From the NCBI GenBank assembly GCA_004558205.1, contig SFDM01000029.1, forward strand, positions 18,784 through 82,783: a DNA stretch of 64,000 nt. The letters are read 5' to 3'. How positions within the stretch are numbered: position 1 is the stretch's first letter; every line of letters begins with the position of its first letter. Of the stretch, positions 51,548-61,509 are shown piece by piece. A model generated the notes under the pieces. That model worked only from the letters and a program-made list of their open reading frames with translations, was not told the origin of the DNA and searched no databases. Source of the stretch: Pyramidobacter piscolens (GTDB taxonomy: Bacteria > Synergistota > Synergistia > Synergistales > Dethiosulfovibrionaceae). The translations under genes were made by a program, and so were the position numbers.

Positions 51548-52720
51548 TCAGCTCGACACAGCACTCAACCGTTCCAGGGCAGCCAGCCACCTGCCCGCGG
51601 CTTTGCATCCGGTCACGCCGCTGACCATCTGCGGCGATCCCCCTCCCCGCGCCGCCAGCTCCGGCTCTTTCAGCAGGTTTTTCAGGGGCAGCGTCACATT
51701 TTTACCGCACATCACCACGAAGGGAATCCGTTCTGATTCGCCGTCGTCAAAGAGCCCCAGCACGACGGCGTCGGGCGCGGCTTCGCTCCGGGCGGATAAA
51801 CTGGACATGGCCATGTCCTTGGGCACTCCCGGCAGCGCGAAAAGGCTGACGGGCAGTTCTCCCGCCTTCTTTTCCTCCCAGGGAAGGGCCAGGTAGTCTC
51901 TCAGCTTGGACAGGGCCTTTGAAAGCGCCTTATTTTCGGCGCCCATGCGGTCCACGCTGCGTTCCAGTTCCTCGGGCTTGCAGTGGATTTTGTGGATCAG
52001 ACGGCGCATGATGCGGCCGTATTCGGCCTTCGAAGAGCCGCCGCCCAGTGCGAAGGTCAGCTCCCAATCTTCGGGGCCGCCCTTGAAGGACTCTATGAAA
52101 ATCTCCCCGATCTCCGAGGTGTTGCTCACATGGCTTCCCGAACAGGCGATGCAGTCAAAACCGTCGATCTCCACAACGCGGATCTCCGAGGCGTCAATGC
52201 GGCCCCAATTGGCTTTCAGCTGCGGCAATTCGCGAGCCTGTTCGAGGGGCAATACGCGGATGGTCACGGCACGCCCTTCTCTGACGATCTGATTGGCCTG
52301 CTCTTCGGAGGCGAAAAGGAACTCCCAGTCCACGGGGCCCGAAGCGTGAAAGAAGACCGACGTGGCATCCTCCCCCACGGCCACCTTATAGATGTGAATA
52401 TCCTCGCGGGAACGTTCCATCACCTTGGACAGCACGTGCTCGCCGCTGTGCATGCGGGAAAAAATAGCGTTGCGCGCCAGGTCCACCTGGGCTTCGGCGG
52501 ACATGCCGGCGGCCGGCGTCCCCTGGGCGATCTTCACGTCGAGGATCGCGCCGTCGCTCGATTTACGGCAGTCCAGCACGTCGGCCTTGAATCCTTCGCC
52601 GTAAAGCTTTCCTTTGTCGCCCGGCTGGCCTCCGCCGGAAACGTGAAAGGGATTTGGGTCGATGCGAATCTGCGCTTTCTTTCCAGTAATCTCACTGACT
52701 GACAGGATATGGCAGTACAT
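51548..52720 (-). CDS. Alanyl-tRNA editing protein (AlaX-like) with DHHA1-like tail
   Basis: GGGQPGD, HSGEH, ACSGSHV and RGGGS. Confidence 0.88.
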   Translation of the reverse strand: MYCHILSVSEITGKKAQIRIDPNPFHVSGGGQPGDKGKLYGEGFKADVLDCRKSSDGAILDVKIAQGTPAAGMSAEAQVDLARNAIFSRMHSGEHVLSKVMERSREDIHIYKVAVGEDATSVFFHASGPVDWEFLFASEEQANQIVREGRAVTIRVLPLEQARELPQLKANWGRIDASEIRVVEIDGFDCIACSGSHVSNTSEIGEIFIESFKGGPEDWELTFALGGGSSKAEYGRIMRRLIHKIHCKPEELERSVDRMGAENKALSKALSKLRDYLALPWEEKKAGELPVSLFALPGVPKDMAMSSLSARSEAAPDAVVLGLFDDGESERIPFVVMCGKNVTLPLKNLLKEPELAARGGGSPQMVSGVTGCKAAGRWLAALERLSAVSS

Positions 52721-52742
52721 TCTCTCAAGCTCCTTCTTGTAT

Positions 52743-52943
52743 GTGACCTACTCCCGCCGCTTACCGCCTTCAGGCGGTAAGCGGCGGCTTCTCGTTCGAG
52801 GTACATTGTACATACCAGCATTCACGAGCTATCCCCCCGGGTCCCAGGGTTATGGATCTGTATCAGGCAGAAAGGAGTCTTTTCCCTTCTTCTCTCATGT
52901 TGATTGCCGCGTTCAGGTCTCTGTCATGATGGGCTCCGCATAA
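52743..52943 (-). mobile_element. tnpB: IS200/IS605-family remnant: tnpB 3' end plus right end / omega-RNA-like region
   Basis: 52863-52943 reads LCGAHHDRDLNAAINMREEGKRLLSA* (TnpB Zn-finger end and RuvC-III). It is followed by ACCCTGGGACCCGGGGGGATAGC...GAAGCC, a perfect 15-bp hairpin (52754-52787) and the terminal GGAGTAGGTCAC. Confidence 0.85.
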
Positions 52944-53322
52944 TCGTGAAGTTTATACTGTCCGGAGCGCTCGCCAAGGGCCCATCGCCGTTCATCACAG
53001 GCGTTTCGGGTCAGGAGCCACTGCAGTTCCTTCAGAAAAGTTTCGTCAGAGGGACGTCGCCGGTCAAAGGAGTTCAAAAAAACTGCATAGCCGTTTTCGC
53101 GTAGCGCAGCTCAAAAAGAGTCCGCCAATCTCCGGTGTAGGACGAGACGCGGCCACACTCAAAGATTTCCCTTGTATCAAGGTAGGTGACCTGACCGTTT
53201 TCGATCTTTCCTGAATGACAGGCCATGGCGATGATGAGGCCGTTCAGCAGCGTCTCCAGTTCCGCCGCGTTCTGCGGATCCTGCTTCTTCCAAAAGGCCG
53301 CGATCTCTTCATAGGTCGTCAT
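52941..53322 (-). pseudogene. Fic-family protein, frameshifted and truncated
   Basis: Reads HSGKIEN..TYLDTREIFE.GRVSSYTGD.RTLFE. After a shift at the T7 run (53076-53082) it continues FLKELQWLLT...DERRWALGERSGQYKLHDY, then breaks into the tnpB fragment. The HPFxxGNGR motif is absent. Confidence 0.7.
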
Positions 53323-53448
53323 TATTCCTCCCTTTGACTGCGGACTTTCAGCTCCATCGTTCTGTCGGCATTGTATCACAGCCAGACTTCCGCGGGCTCC
53401 AAAAAACGACTCCGCTCTGGGGAGGTCGAAAATCCCACGCCCTCAGAG

Positions 53449-54504
53449 TCAGCGGCTCTCCCCTTCAAACTCCTTCTGGAAGGACTTTCCGGCGCTCATC
53501 AGAACACTGAGCATCCTCAGTGAATCCACGTTGTCGCAGACGATCTTGATGATGCCGGCGATGGGCATGGAAAGAAGGGCCCCAGCCACGCCCCAGAGCC
53601 AGCCCCACATCAGCAGCGACACCAGGATGATGACGGGGCTGAGGTTCATGTTGTCGCCCATGACTTTGGGCGTGATGATGTTGCCGATGGTGACCTGGAT
53701 AACCAGAATGGCCGCTACGGTCAAAACGGGCTGGAAGGTGCTGGGATAGAACTGCACGAGGGACACCATGATCGGAGGGATGGAGGCTACGATGGAACCC
53801 ACGGTGGGGATGTAGTTCAGCACGAAGGCCAGAAGCCCCCAGGTGGAGGCGAAGTCCACGCCGATCATGCTGAGGGCCATCCACACGCACAGCCCCGTGG
53901 CCGCGCTGATCAGGGTCATGACCGAGAGGAAACGCCCGATCTGGCTGGAGATGGAGTCCAGGATGTTGAGCACCTGAGTGCTGTTGGTGGGGAACGCCTT
54001 CCGCACCTTGTACTCGGCGTAGGGGCTGCCGATCAGAATGAACAGCAGGAACACGATGACCATCACCGTTTTTGAGGTGATCGTCACGATGGAACCTGAC
54101 AGCGAAAAGAGGTAGCTTCTCAATTGGCCGCCCCAGTCGACGCTCTTCAGGAAGTCGCCCGAGACGCCAAGACGGTCCGAGAGGTCCTTGGCGATCCCCG
54201 TCAGCCGGTCAAAGTAGACGGGAAAGGCGTCCACGAAGCCCCCGAGCCGCTGGCTCAGGAAACCGCCGGCCAACGTCGCCAGCCACAAAAGCCCGGCCAA
54301 CGCGACGATCGTGGTGAGTTCCACGGGGATTTTCAGCCTCGTCGTCACAAAGCGGACCGCGGGGGTCAGGAGGTAGGACAGGATCCACGCGATCATCAGA
54401 GGGAGAAAGACATTCTGAGCCGCGCTCAGCACCGTTCCTACAGCCAACACAGTCAACACGGCAATACAGGCCGTCAAAATCTTGAGATCTCGCAATAGCG
54501 CCAC
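53449..54504 (-). CDS. AI-2E family transporter
   Basis: LNYIPTVGS, GNIITPKVMG..MNLSP and WGWLWGVAGALLSMP. Confidence 0.92.
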   Translation of the reverse strand: MALLRDLKILTACIAVLTVLAVGTVLSAAQNVFLPLMIAWILSYLLTPAVRFVTTRLKIPVELTTIVALAGLLWLATLAGGFLSQRLGGFVDAFPVYFDRLTGIAKDLSDRLGVSGDFLKSVDWGGQLRSYLFSLSGSIVTITSKTVMVIVFLLFILIGSPYAEYKVRKAFPTNSTQVLNILDSISSQIGRFLSVMTLISAATGLCVWMALSMIGVDFASTWGLLAFVLNYIPTVGSIVASIPPIMVSLVQFYPSTFQPVLTVAAILVIQVTIGNIITPKVMGDNMNLSPVIILVSLLMWGWLWGVAGALLSMPIAGIIKIVCDNVDSLRMLSVLMSAGKSFQKEFEGESR

Positions 54505-54557
54505 GCCCCTTTTAATTAAGCTCTGCTCTTATTTCTATTATATCCGCAATTGGCGAT

Positions 54558-54597
54558 AAAAAAAAGGACGCCCTTCCGAAGAAGGCGTCCTTTTTTT
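54558..54597 (-). terminator. Terminator after grdB
   Basis: AAAAAAAAGGACGCC...GGCGTCCTTTTTTT. Confidence 0.8.
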
Positions 54598-54610
54598 GCT
54601 TAGTTTGCTG

Positions 54611-55918
54611 TTACTCCGTGAAGACAGTCTGCTCGGTAACGGGGGTCTGGAGCGCCTTAAGAGCGCGGGTGACCAGCTTGTAACGGAGCTTGAACTCCTC
54701 GGCGGGCGACTCGGCGGGGTTGCCCAGCGGGTGAGGAATAGCGACTGTGGGGATCAGACGGTTGGCGCCGACGCTCAGGGAGATCGGGACAATCGTCAGC
54801 ATGTGCACAACCGGCACGTCAGCGTTTTCTTCAATAGCTTTGACCATCGTTGCACCGCAACGAGTGCAGGTGCCTCAGGTGGATGTGACGATAACGGCGT
54901 CGACCTTGCCTTTCAGCTTCTGGCCGATTTCGGTACCGAAACGCTTGGCGTTGGCCACGCCGGTGCCGTTGCCGACGGTGGCGTAGTAATAATCGTAAAG
55001 CTTGCCAACCTTGCCTTCCTTTTCAAGGGCGCGCATCACGTCCACGGGAAGCACGCGGTCAGGATCCTGGTTTGCGTAGGTCTGATCGTAGCCGCCGTGA
55101 GCGGTCTGGTATTCGCCCTGCTTCAGGTCGTCCACGCCCTTGATGCAGTACTCGCCGTAGTTCTGAGCGCTGGAGGCGGCGATGTGGTCGGGGTTGCCGA
55201 AGGGGACGATGCCGCCAGAGGTGACCAAAGCGATGGTAGCCTTGGAAGCGTCCTTGATGGGAGGTCTGGGAGTAACGCGGTCGAAGACGGGCATCTTGTA
55301 CTCGGTCTCGAACTCCTCGCCCTTCAGTTTCTTGATAAGCATCTTGACAGCGCGCTCGGCGCCGACTTCGTCGTAGAACTTGTTGACGCGGACGCCGCGC
55401 TCGATGTAGCCTTCGGCCTTAGGCGTGCCAAGCTTCTCGCCCTTCATCAGGCGAAGAAGGATGCTGGCCATGGGAGGAACGGCCTTGCCCATGCCGCGGG
55501 CACTGTCGGCGGCGTTGACGATGTAGGTGTACTTCTTGTACAGGTCCACGCCGGGGTTCTCTATGTACATGGCGGAGACTGTGGGAATGCCGAGCTTCTC
55601 GCCGACTTCTTTGCAGACGGCGCCGCAAGCGGTGCCGTAGCGTCCGGCGTTGAAGGCGGGACCGGCGACGAATCCGTCGGCGCCGTACTTCTTGACGTGC
55701 TCGATAACCCAAGCGGTCGCGCTGTCCATGTTCTCTGCGAAATAGGAGTCTCCGCAGATAATCGTGGCAACGATTTCGGCTTCGCCCTTAAAGGCGGCGT
55801 TCAACGCAGCGCCGGGGCCGACAATGCCTTCGCGGATTTCAGGAGCGATGTCGGCTTTTTCTTCTCCACCGATGCCCGCGAAGAACTGGTTGATATAGTG
55901 AATTACTTTATAGGTCAT
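54611..55918 (-). CDS. grdB: Glycine reductase selenoprotein B; Sec at TGA 54875-54877
   Basis: HYINQFFAGIGGEE, GPAFNAGRYG and TSTUGTCTRCGATMVK; readthrough joins two ORF-track ORFs. Confidence 0.95.
54851..54868 (-). promoter_or_regulatory. Putative SECIS hairpin of grdB
   Basis: TGCAC-TCGTTGCG-GTGCA lies 6 nt after the UGA. Confidence 0.65.
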
Positions 55919-55945
55919 AAGTTCCCCTCCTTAGTCTTGAAGGTA

Positions 55946-56422
55946 TTAGAGAGTGTACTTGGAGTACTGCTCACGAATACCCTTGACGGCAGCGGCGAGA
56001 GCATCGGGATCGAGCACCATTTCCATCATGGAAATCTGCTCTTCCCAGGCTGCGGGATCAGCCTCCGCACGAATTTCCTCATCGAAAATATCATAAACGG
56101 CGAGTCCTAACTGGACGCCGGCCAAAGGTCCTGCATAGGTGGGGTCTCCGTTGGTCACGGTTTCGGCATAAATTTCCGCGCCTTCAGCGTCGGAAGAACC
56201 GAAAATGACCACGCAATTTTCCGCACCATACTTCTCAGACATGTCAATGACACGCTGTTGGTTCTGCAGGTCCATGGCACCAGCTGCCGTTCAGACGAAG
56301 CACTCGGTCGCTTCAAATACGACTTCTGCTCCGCTGTTTTCGAAACAGGCTTTCATTGCGGGTGCCGGAACACCGTCACGCTCGCCTAAAAGGATCAATT
56401 TCTTGCCAGCAAGCTTGCCCAT
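55946..56422 (-). CDS. grdA: Glycine/sarcosine/betaine reductase selenoprotein A; Sec at TGA 56291-56293
   Basis: [19 protein letters not shown]...[14 protein letters not shown] (CxxU), then [17 protein letters not shown]; 158 aa. Confidence 0.96.
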
Positions 56423-56464
56423 GTGTTGCACCTCCTACTTACTTAATTTTTTTCGGCGTGAAAA

Positions 56465-57757
56465 CTAGATGGTGTAGGCGCCGTTCTTGGTGAATCCGAG
56501 CTCGCAGGTAGCTCCGGTGATGATCTGGATCTCGGCAAAGATGCTGCCGTCTTCCTTCAGCGAACCGAAGAAGCCGCCGGCCATGATGTCGGCAAACTTG
56601 ATGTCGCCGATAACCTTGTCCATAGGAGGCAGGGTAATGGTCTCGTTGGCGTTGCCGGCGGTGACGCAGGCGTCGCCTTCGGGGCAGGTGTCGGCCAGGG
56701 ACTGGGACGCGCCGTCGCGGTTGGCGTACTCGTCGGTCACGAGGACGGTCTTGATGCCCTTGCGCTCAGCCTTCCAGCAGTTCAGGACCAAGTCGGCGTC
56801 GGGGTTGCCGAAGCCTTCCTCGGAGATGACCACGGCGTCGACGCCGAGGGTCTTGGCGAGCTTGACGGCGTAGGAGCTGCTGCGCTTCTTGTCGGCCAGG
56901 GTGACGTTTTCGTTGGTGATGATGACGCCCACGAAGTTCAGGTCCTTGCCGTGATGCTCATAGAGGCTCTTGATGACGGGGTTGTTCAGGTGAACGTAGG
57001 TGCTGTTCTTGTCGCAGGCAGACACGCAGTTGCCGGAGCAGATAGCGCCGTCCATGACTTCGGTCGCGTTGATCATCGTGGGGATGATCTTCTTCACGTC
57101 CACGCCGTAGACATAGGTGTCATGAAGCAGACCCTGGGTCTGAAGCATGTAGATGTAAGCGACCTTGGGAAGCTCGGGATAGGCGGCCATGGCGTCCTTG
57201 TAGCTGGGCGAGTCGTAGGTCTCGACCTTGTCGGCCTTGAATCCGGCTTTCTTGACTTCCTGGGCGACGAAGGAAGCGGCCTTCAGACCAGCGATACGGC
57301 AGCTGGCTTCGCGGTCGTGGTTCTCAAGACCTTCGACGGGGTTCAGGACGAGAACGATGTTCTTCGTCTCGGAGAAAGGCGTCAGCGCGGCGCCGGGGCC
57401 CTTCATGTCGACGATGCCTTCCTGGGGAGCCACCAAACGGCCGGTGGTCAGGATGGCGGCGCCGTCAAGAACGAGCGTGGAGCCTTCGCCCACGGTGTCA
57501 ACATCGCCGATCCAACCAGGGAATACCTCGTTGGTTCCTTCGATCTTGCAGCGGGGTTCGATGGCGTCCTTCACGGGCATGATGCGGATGCTCTCGCCGG
57601 GATGGGCAAGTTCCACATCAACGCTGGCGAGACGCTCGTCATCCATCAGATGGTCGATAATGGCCTTCTTAACGATGGTGAGGACTCCGTCTTTCACGGA
57701 AAAAGCGTCTCCAAACACGATCTTATCAATTTTTACCTTGTGGAGTTCAAGCTTCAA
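56465..57757 (-). CDS. grdE: Glycine reductase component B proprotein (alpha/beta)
   Basis: TTG start behind GGGAGGAG; QGLLHDTYVYG, SGNCVSACDKNSTYVHLNNP and EEGFGNPDAD. Confidence 0.93.
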   Translation of the reverse strand: MKLELHKVKIDKIVFGDAFSVKDGVLTIVKKAIIDHLMDDERLASVDVELAHPGESIRIMPVKDAIEPRCKIEGTNEVFPGWIGDVDTVGEGSTLVLDGAAILTTGRLVAPQEGIVDMKGPGAALTPFSETKNIVLVLNPVEGLENHDREASCRIAGLKAASFVAQEVKKAGFKADKVETYDSPSYKDAMAAYPELPKVAYIYMLQTQGLLHDTYVYGVDVKKIIPTMINATEVMDGAICSGNCVSACDKNSTYVHLNNPVIKSLYEHHGKDLNFVGVIITNENVTLADKKRSSSYAVKLAKTLGVDAVVISEEGFGNPDADLVLNCWKAERKGIKTVLVTDEYANRDGASQSLADTCPEGDACVTAGNANETITLPPMDKVIGDIKFADIMAGGFFGSLKEDGSIFAEIQIITGATCELGFTKNGAYTI

Positions 57758-57916
57758 GATAACTCCTCCCTTCTGGGAATCCAATGTCCCGCAGCGGGAC
57801 ATCACACCGGCTTTCGCCGGCTAGCGCGTAAAAAAACTGCTCTATCGTTTTTCGAACTTTATCGCGGCTTTTCCGCTCTGCCCAGCGTCAATGCCGTTCA
57901 AAAGAACGATGCAACG

Positions 57917-58309
57917 CTATCGGATCAGATTGTTCTTCAGGAGCGTTTCCTTCATGAGATCTTCGTCGATCTCGGAACAATCTTCGTACATCTGCGGCGG
58001 CGTTTTCTCGGGCGTCAACGGGTTTGTGCAATCCGTATAGACCCGCATGGCGCTCTCGATGAGGTTCAATCCATACTCGTCAAAGGCCGCACCGCCGCCG
58101 GACTTCTTCAGAAGCAGCGTCCTGAAGGGCTGCTGATGGGGCCTGAAGTTTCCGTACAGCGGGTGGTTCTGGAGCGCCCAGCCCTGATGGATCAGGTCTC
58201 TGCCGGCAGTGACAATTTCCTTCCCCGACACTTCGCGGAAGTCCACGGGCAAATTACTGTGTTTTTTAAATCTCGGGTTATTCGTAAGCAAAATAAAACG
58301 ACAGGACAC
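57917..58309 (-). CDS. grdX: GrdX-family protein
   Basis: LLTNNP and RDLIHQGWALQNHPLYGNFRPHQQPFRT. Confidence 0.88.
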   Translation of the reverse strand: MSCRFILLTNNPRFKKHSNLPVDFREVSGKEIVTAGRDLIHQGWALQNHPLYGNFRPHQQPFRTLLLKKSGGGAAFDEYGLNLIESAMRVYTDCTNPLTPEKTPPQMYEDCSEIDEDLMKETLLKNNLIR

Positions 58310-58341
58310 AATAATCTACCCCTTTACGGTGATTTCTGTGT

Positions 58342-58484
58342 CTCTGTCGTACGGGTCTGATCCGTATATTCAGAGCTGCGTCCGGACATGATCCTTGTGC
58401 CTGAGAGTTTCCGCGCATTTATATGCGTTGCCCCTTCGGCGTCTTCGCGTCGCCGCGAAGCGCTCTCTCACGTCCATCTCACGC
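58342..58484 (-). ncRNA. Glycine riboswitch (singlet aptamer plus 3' ghost aptamer)
   Basis: P1 GGACGTGA/TCATGTCC with GAGAG, CGCCGAAGGGGCAA and AAACTCTCAGG. Linker GGACGC can pair with leader GCGT. Ghost stem CTCTG...GACAGAG follows. Confidence 0.9.
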
Positions 58485-58738
58485 TTACCTGTTATTTTAT
58501 CCATTCCCCGAAAACAGTCAAGGCTTTGGAGTCAAAACCACACGTCCCATTATGAACCAACCGTAGGTCCAAAAGTACGAGGAATAATTTTTTTTGGGCA
58601 AAAATTCACGAGCATTTAGATGTTTTGCACAATTCGTTGTCATTCATAGCGGCAAACTGACATTTCTCCGCTTAAGTTCATGTTTTTTGAAGTACATGGA
58701 ACCAGCGCCGCCTTGAAGGCCTCGGGCCGGGCGTTGAC

Positions 58739-58770
58739 AAAAAAACCCCCGCAGTTTCTGCGGGGGAAAA
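58739..58770 (-). terminator. Terminator after thioredoxin
   Basis: CCCCCGCAG/CTGCGGGGG hairpin followed by a T-run on the minus strand. Confidence 0.75.
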
Positions 58771-58777
58771 AGAGCTT

Positions 58778-59110
58778 TTAGCCGATCAGGGTCTGAAGGT
58801 TTTTTTCGATCTGCTCGATCGTCACGGAGTCTCCGCCAAGACGGAGCTCGGCCACTTCGGCGCCGTCCTTGAAGAACAGGAAAGCGGGAAGGCCCATGAC
58901 CTTCAGCGCCATAGCCACGCGGCGGTTGCCGGAGATGTTGACCTTGCAGAGGTCGGCCTTGTCGGCGTACTTCTCGGCCAGAGCCTCGACGCTGGGCATC
59001 AGCGCAAGGCAATGGCTGCACTTGGGTCCCCAGAAATCCATAAACATAGGCTTCTTGGCGCTGTCGGCGATGGCCGCTTCAAAAGTATCCTTCGTAAGTT
59101 CAAGTGCCAT
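58778..59110 (-). CDS. Thioredoxin (grd-associated type)
   Basis: DFWGPKCSHC, NRRVA, VMGLP and FFKDG. Confidence 0.92.
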   Translation of the reverse strand: MALELTKDTFEAAIADSAKKPMFMDFWGPKCSHCLALMPSVEALAEKYADKADLCKVNISGNRRVAMALKVMGLPAFLFFKDGAEVAELRLGGDSVTIEQIEKNLQTLIG

Positions 59111-59331
59111 ATAAATCCACTCCTCAAGATTAAAATTCAAGAATAAAAAGGCGAATTTTACACGCCTTCCCCATTGCTGGACATTCTAATTTTAGCGCCT
59201 TGCGCGGCCCCGTCAAGTGGCTGAAATACAGAGAGATGACGCAAAGAGCAAATAGATCTGCGACAAAAGGAAGTGTCCATGATCCGCCGAGTAAAAGAGG
59301 CGGCCCAGCAGGGCCGCCTCTTCCGTTCCGC

Positions 59332-60798
59332 TTAGATAAGCCCGAAATCCTGAAGCTGGGCGATCAGCACCACCGCAAGGATAGCGGGGACCAGGAACTT
59401 GAAGCACAGGTCGATTACCCCCTCGAAGCGCAGGGTTTTGCCCGGCGTGAGCGCCACTTCCTCGGCGATCAGCTTGATGCCGAAGCTCCAGCCGATCAGA
59501 AGGCTCATGACCAGAGCGCCCAAGGGCATCATGATGCCCTCGGCAAGCACGTCGTAAAAGTCGAGCCAGCAGTCAAAGGCCACGGGGATCTTTTTGAGGC
59601 CCATCATGACGCCGGGGCTGTTCATCATGGCGCCGCCGGCCACGTTGCTGCCCAAGCCGTCGAGGGCTACCGGAATGCCCACCACGAAGATGACCGCGGC
59701 CATGAAGACGGTGACCAGGCCGCGGCTTGGGGACTTGCCCTTTTCCATGCGACGGTCGATCATGTAGGTCGCGCAGACTTCAAGCAGCGACACCGACGAA
59801 GAAATGGCCGCCAGGAACACCAGGAAGTAGAACAGGAAGCCGACAAAAGCGCCGCCCACGCCGCCCATGCCCGAGACGAACACTTCGTGCAGGGAGACGA
59901 ACAGCAGCGAGGGGCCCGCGGCGGGAGCCAGTCCGAAGGCAAAGCAGGCGGGCATGACCACCATGCCCGCCAGAATGGCGACGATGGTGTCGGCCAGGGG
60001 GATCAGATACATGTCCCTGGAAAGGTCCTGCTCTTTCGACAGGTAGGAACCGTAGGTGATCATGCACCCCATGCCCAGCGACAGCGAGAAGAACATCTGC
60101 CCCGCCGCCGTCTTGAGCACCTTGAAGAAACCGATTTCGGGGTCCGAAAACACGGAGAAGTTGGGGCTGAACATGAACTCGTGCCCCGCTTTAGCGCCGG
60201 GCAGGCTGTAGACGTAGGCCGCCAGCCCGACCAGAATGGCCGCGAGGGCGGGGATGGCGATCTTGTTGAAGCGTTCGATGCCGTGTTCGATGCCCCCCAT
60301 GACGATGATGACATTGATCAGCTGGAACACCGCGAAATAGACGATCATACTGGGACCGTCGCAGATAAAGCCGCCGAAATAGGCTCCGCTTTTGACGCCA
60401 GCGAAATTAGCGCCGCCGCTGAACATGGCCTGAACGAAGGCGACCATGTACTTCATCACCATGCCGCCCAGCACGCTGTAAAAGGCGAGAATAAAAAAGC
60501 CCGAGGCCACACCCATGTAGCCCACCCAAGTGTATTTCTTCGCCAAAGCCCTGTAGGTGCCCACGGCTCCCTGGCCGGTCTTGCGCCCAAGCGCCAGTTC
60601 GCCCAGCATGATCATCACGCCCACCAGAAGGACCAGGGCCAGATAGACGATCAGGAACGCGAAGCCCCCGTTTTTCCCCATTTTGTAGGGGAATCCCCAA
60701 ATGTTGCCCAATCCGACCGCAGAGCCAATCGCCGCCATCAGAAATCCGAAGTTCGACGCCCATTGGCCTCTGTGCACCACTTTTTTCTCTTCTGTCAT
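59332..60798 (-). CDS. Sodium-dependent transporter (NSS/SNF family), copy 1
   Basis: IGSAVGLGNIWGFPY, GQMFFSLSLGMG and AGPSLLF. Confidence 0.93.
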   Translation of the reverse strand: MTEEKKVVHRGQWASNFGFLMAAIGSAVGLGNIWGFPYKMGKNGGFAFLIVYLALVLLVGVMIMLGELALGRKTGQGAVGTYRALAKKYTWVGYMGVASGFFILAFYSVLGGMVMKYMVAFVQAMFSGGANFAGVKSGAYFGGFICDGPSMIVYFAVFQLINVIIVMGGIEHGIERFNKIAIPALAAILVGLAAYVYSLPGAKAGHEFMFSPNFSVFSDPEIGFFKVLKTAAGQMFFSLSLGMGCMITYGSYLSKEQDLSRDMYLIPLADTIVAILAGMVVMPACFAFGLAPAAGPSLLFVSLHEVFVSGMGGVGGAFVGFLFYFLVFLAAISSSVSLLEVCATYMIDRRMEKGKSPSRGLVTVFMAAVIFVVGIPVALDGLGSNVAGGAMMNSPGVMMGLKKIPVAFDCWLDFYDVLAEGIMMPLGALVMSLLIGWSFGIKLIAEEVALTPGKTLRFEGVIDLCFKFLVPAILAVVLIAQLQDFGLI

Positions 60799-61059
60799 CA
60801 ATTTCGCCTCTTTTCCACAAATGATGCCCCCCTAAGGGAGTCTTGACGACTTTAATTATATTAAAAATAACAAAAAATTGCAAAGATGCTTTTAAAAGTG
60901 TTTTTAAAAAACAGCACACAATTCGGCGAAACCCTTCATTTATGACTCTTTCCCATAGGGTGGCTTACTATGATGAGAGCGTCAAGGAAAAGTAAAACCT
61001 GGACCGCCCCCTATAAAAGAAAAAGCCTTTCAGTTTTCCCTCTGCCTCCTCCGCGTCCC

Positions 61060-61108
61060 CGCATTGATATCTTTTGGCTTTGACCTTCGGTTCAACATGA
61101 AGCACGCA
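61060..61108 (-). repeat. Repeat family A, terminal fragment
   Basis: CTTTGACCTTCGGTTCAACATGAAGCACGC versus CTTTGATCTTCGGTCCGACATGAAGCACGC at 35731-35760. Confidence 0.6.
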
Positions 61109-61232
61109 CAATATGATGTCATTTAGCCGTTGAAACCCCAAGTATCTTCCTCAGGCCGGCCCCGGGCGTCAGCTGATCTGTTTTATTGGAAATGAGTACG
61201 AATTGATACTATTTTGCAATAAAAACGCAAAA

Positions 61233-61352
61233 TGGGCTCGGAGGGGACGGCCCGAGGGGTATCCACCAAGCGAGTATAGGCAGGCCGAACAGGCCGAGAT
61301 AGTCTTTAGCGACTGCATGGCCCCTCGGGCCGGCCCCGGACGTTAAGTTCAG
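61233..61352 (+). repeat. Structured repeat family B, apparently full copy
   Basis: GGGGACGGCCCGAGGGG pairs with CCCCTCGGGCCGGCCCC. The 3' 78 bp are identical (inverted) to 20516-20593. Confidence 0.85.
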
Positions 61353-61412
61353 AGCATCACGAAAACGGCGCCGGAAGGGTGACCTTCCGGCGCCGTTTTC
61401 GTGATGCTCTGA
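61349..61412. repeat. Perfect 30-bp inverted repeat with 4-nt loop
   Basis: TCAGAGCATCACGAAAACGGCGCCGGAAGG-GTGA-CCTTCCGGCGCCGTTTTCGTGATGCTCTGA. Confidence 0.9.
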
Positions 61413-61509
61413 GCCTTCGAGATAGAACGTGGTCGTTGAAGTGCGTTTCATCTGCCTGCCCATTCTTTACAGAAGGGCCTCTTGGGGGGAAGGCTCCTCT
61501 TGACTCCGC

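Noticed and set aside
52743..52943. 6S RNA or a riboswitch upstream of alaX
   Set aside because: Better explained by the tnpB C-terminus (HDRDLNAAIN) and an IS200/IS605 right end.
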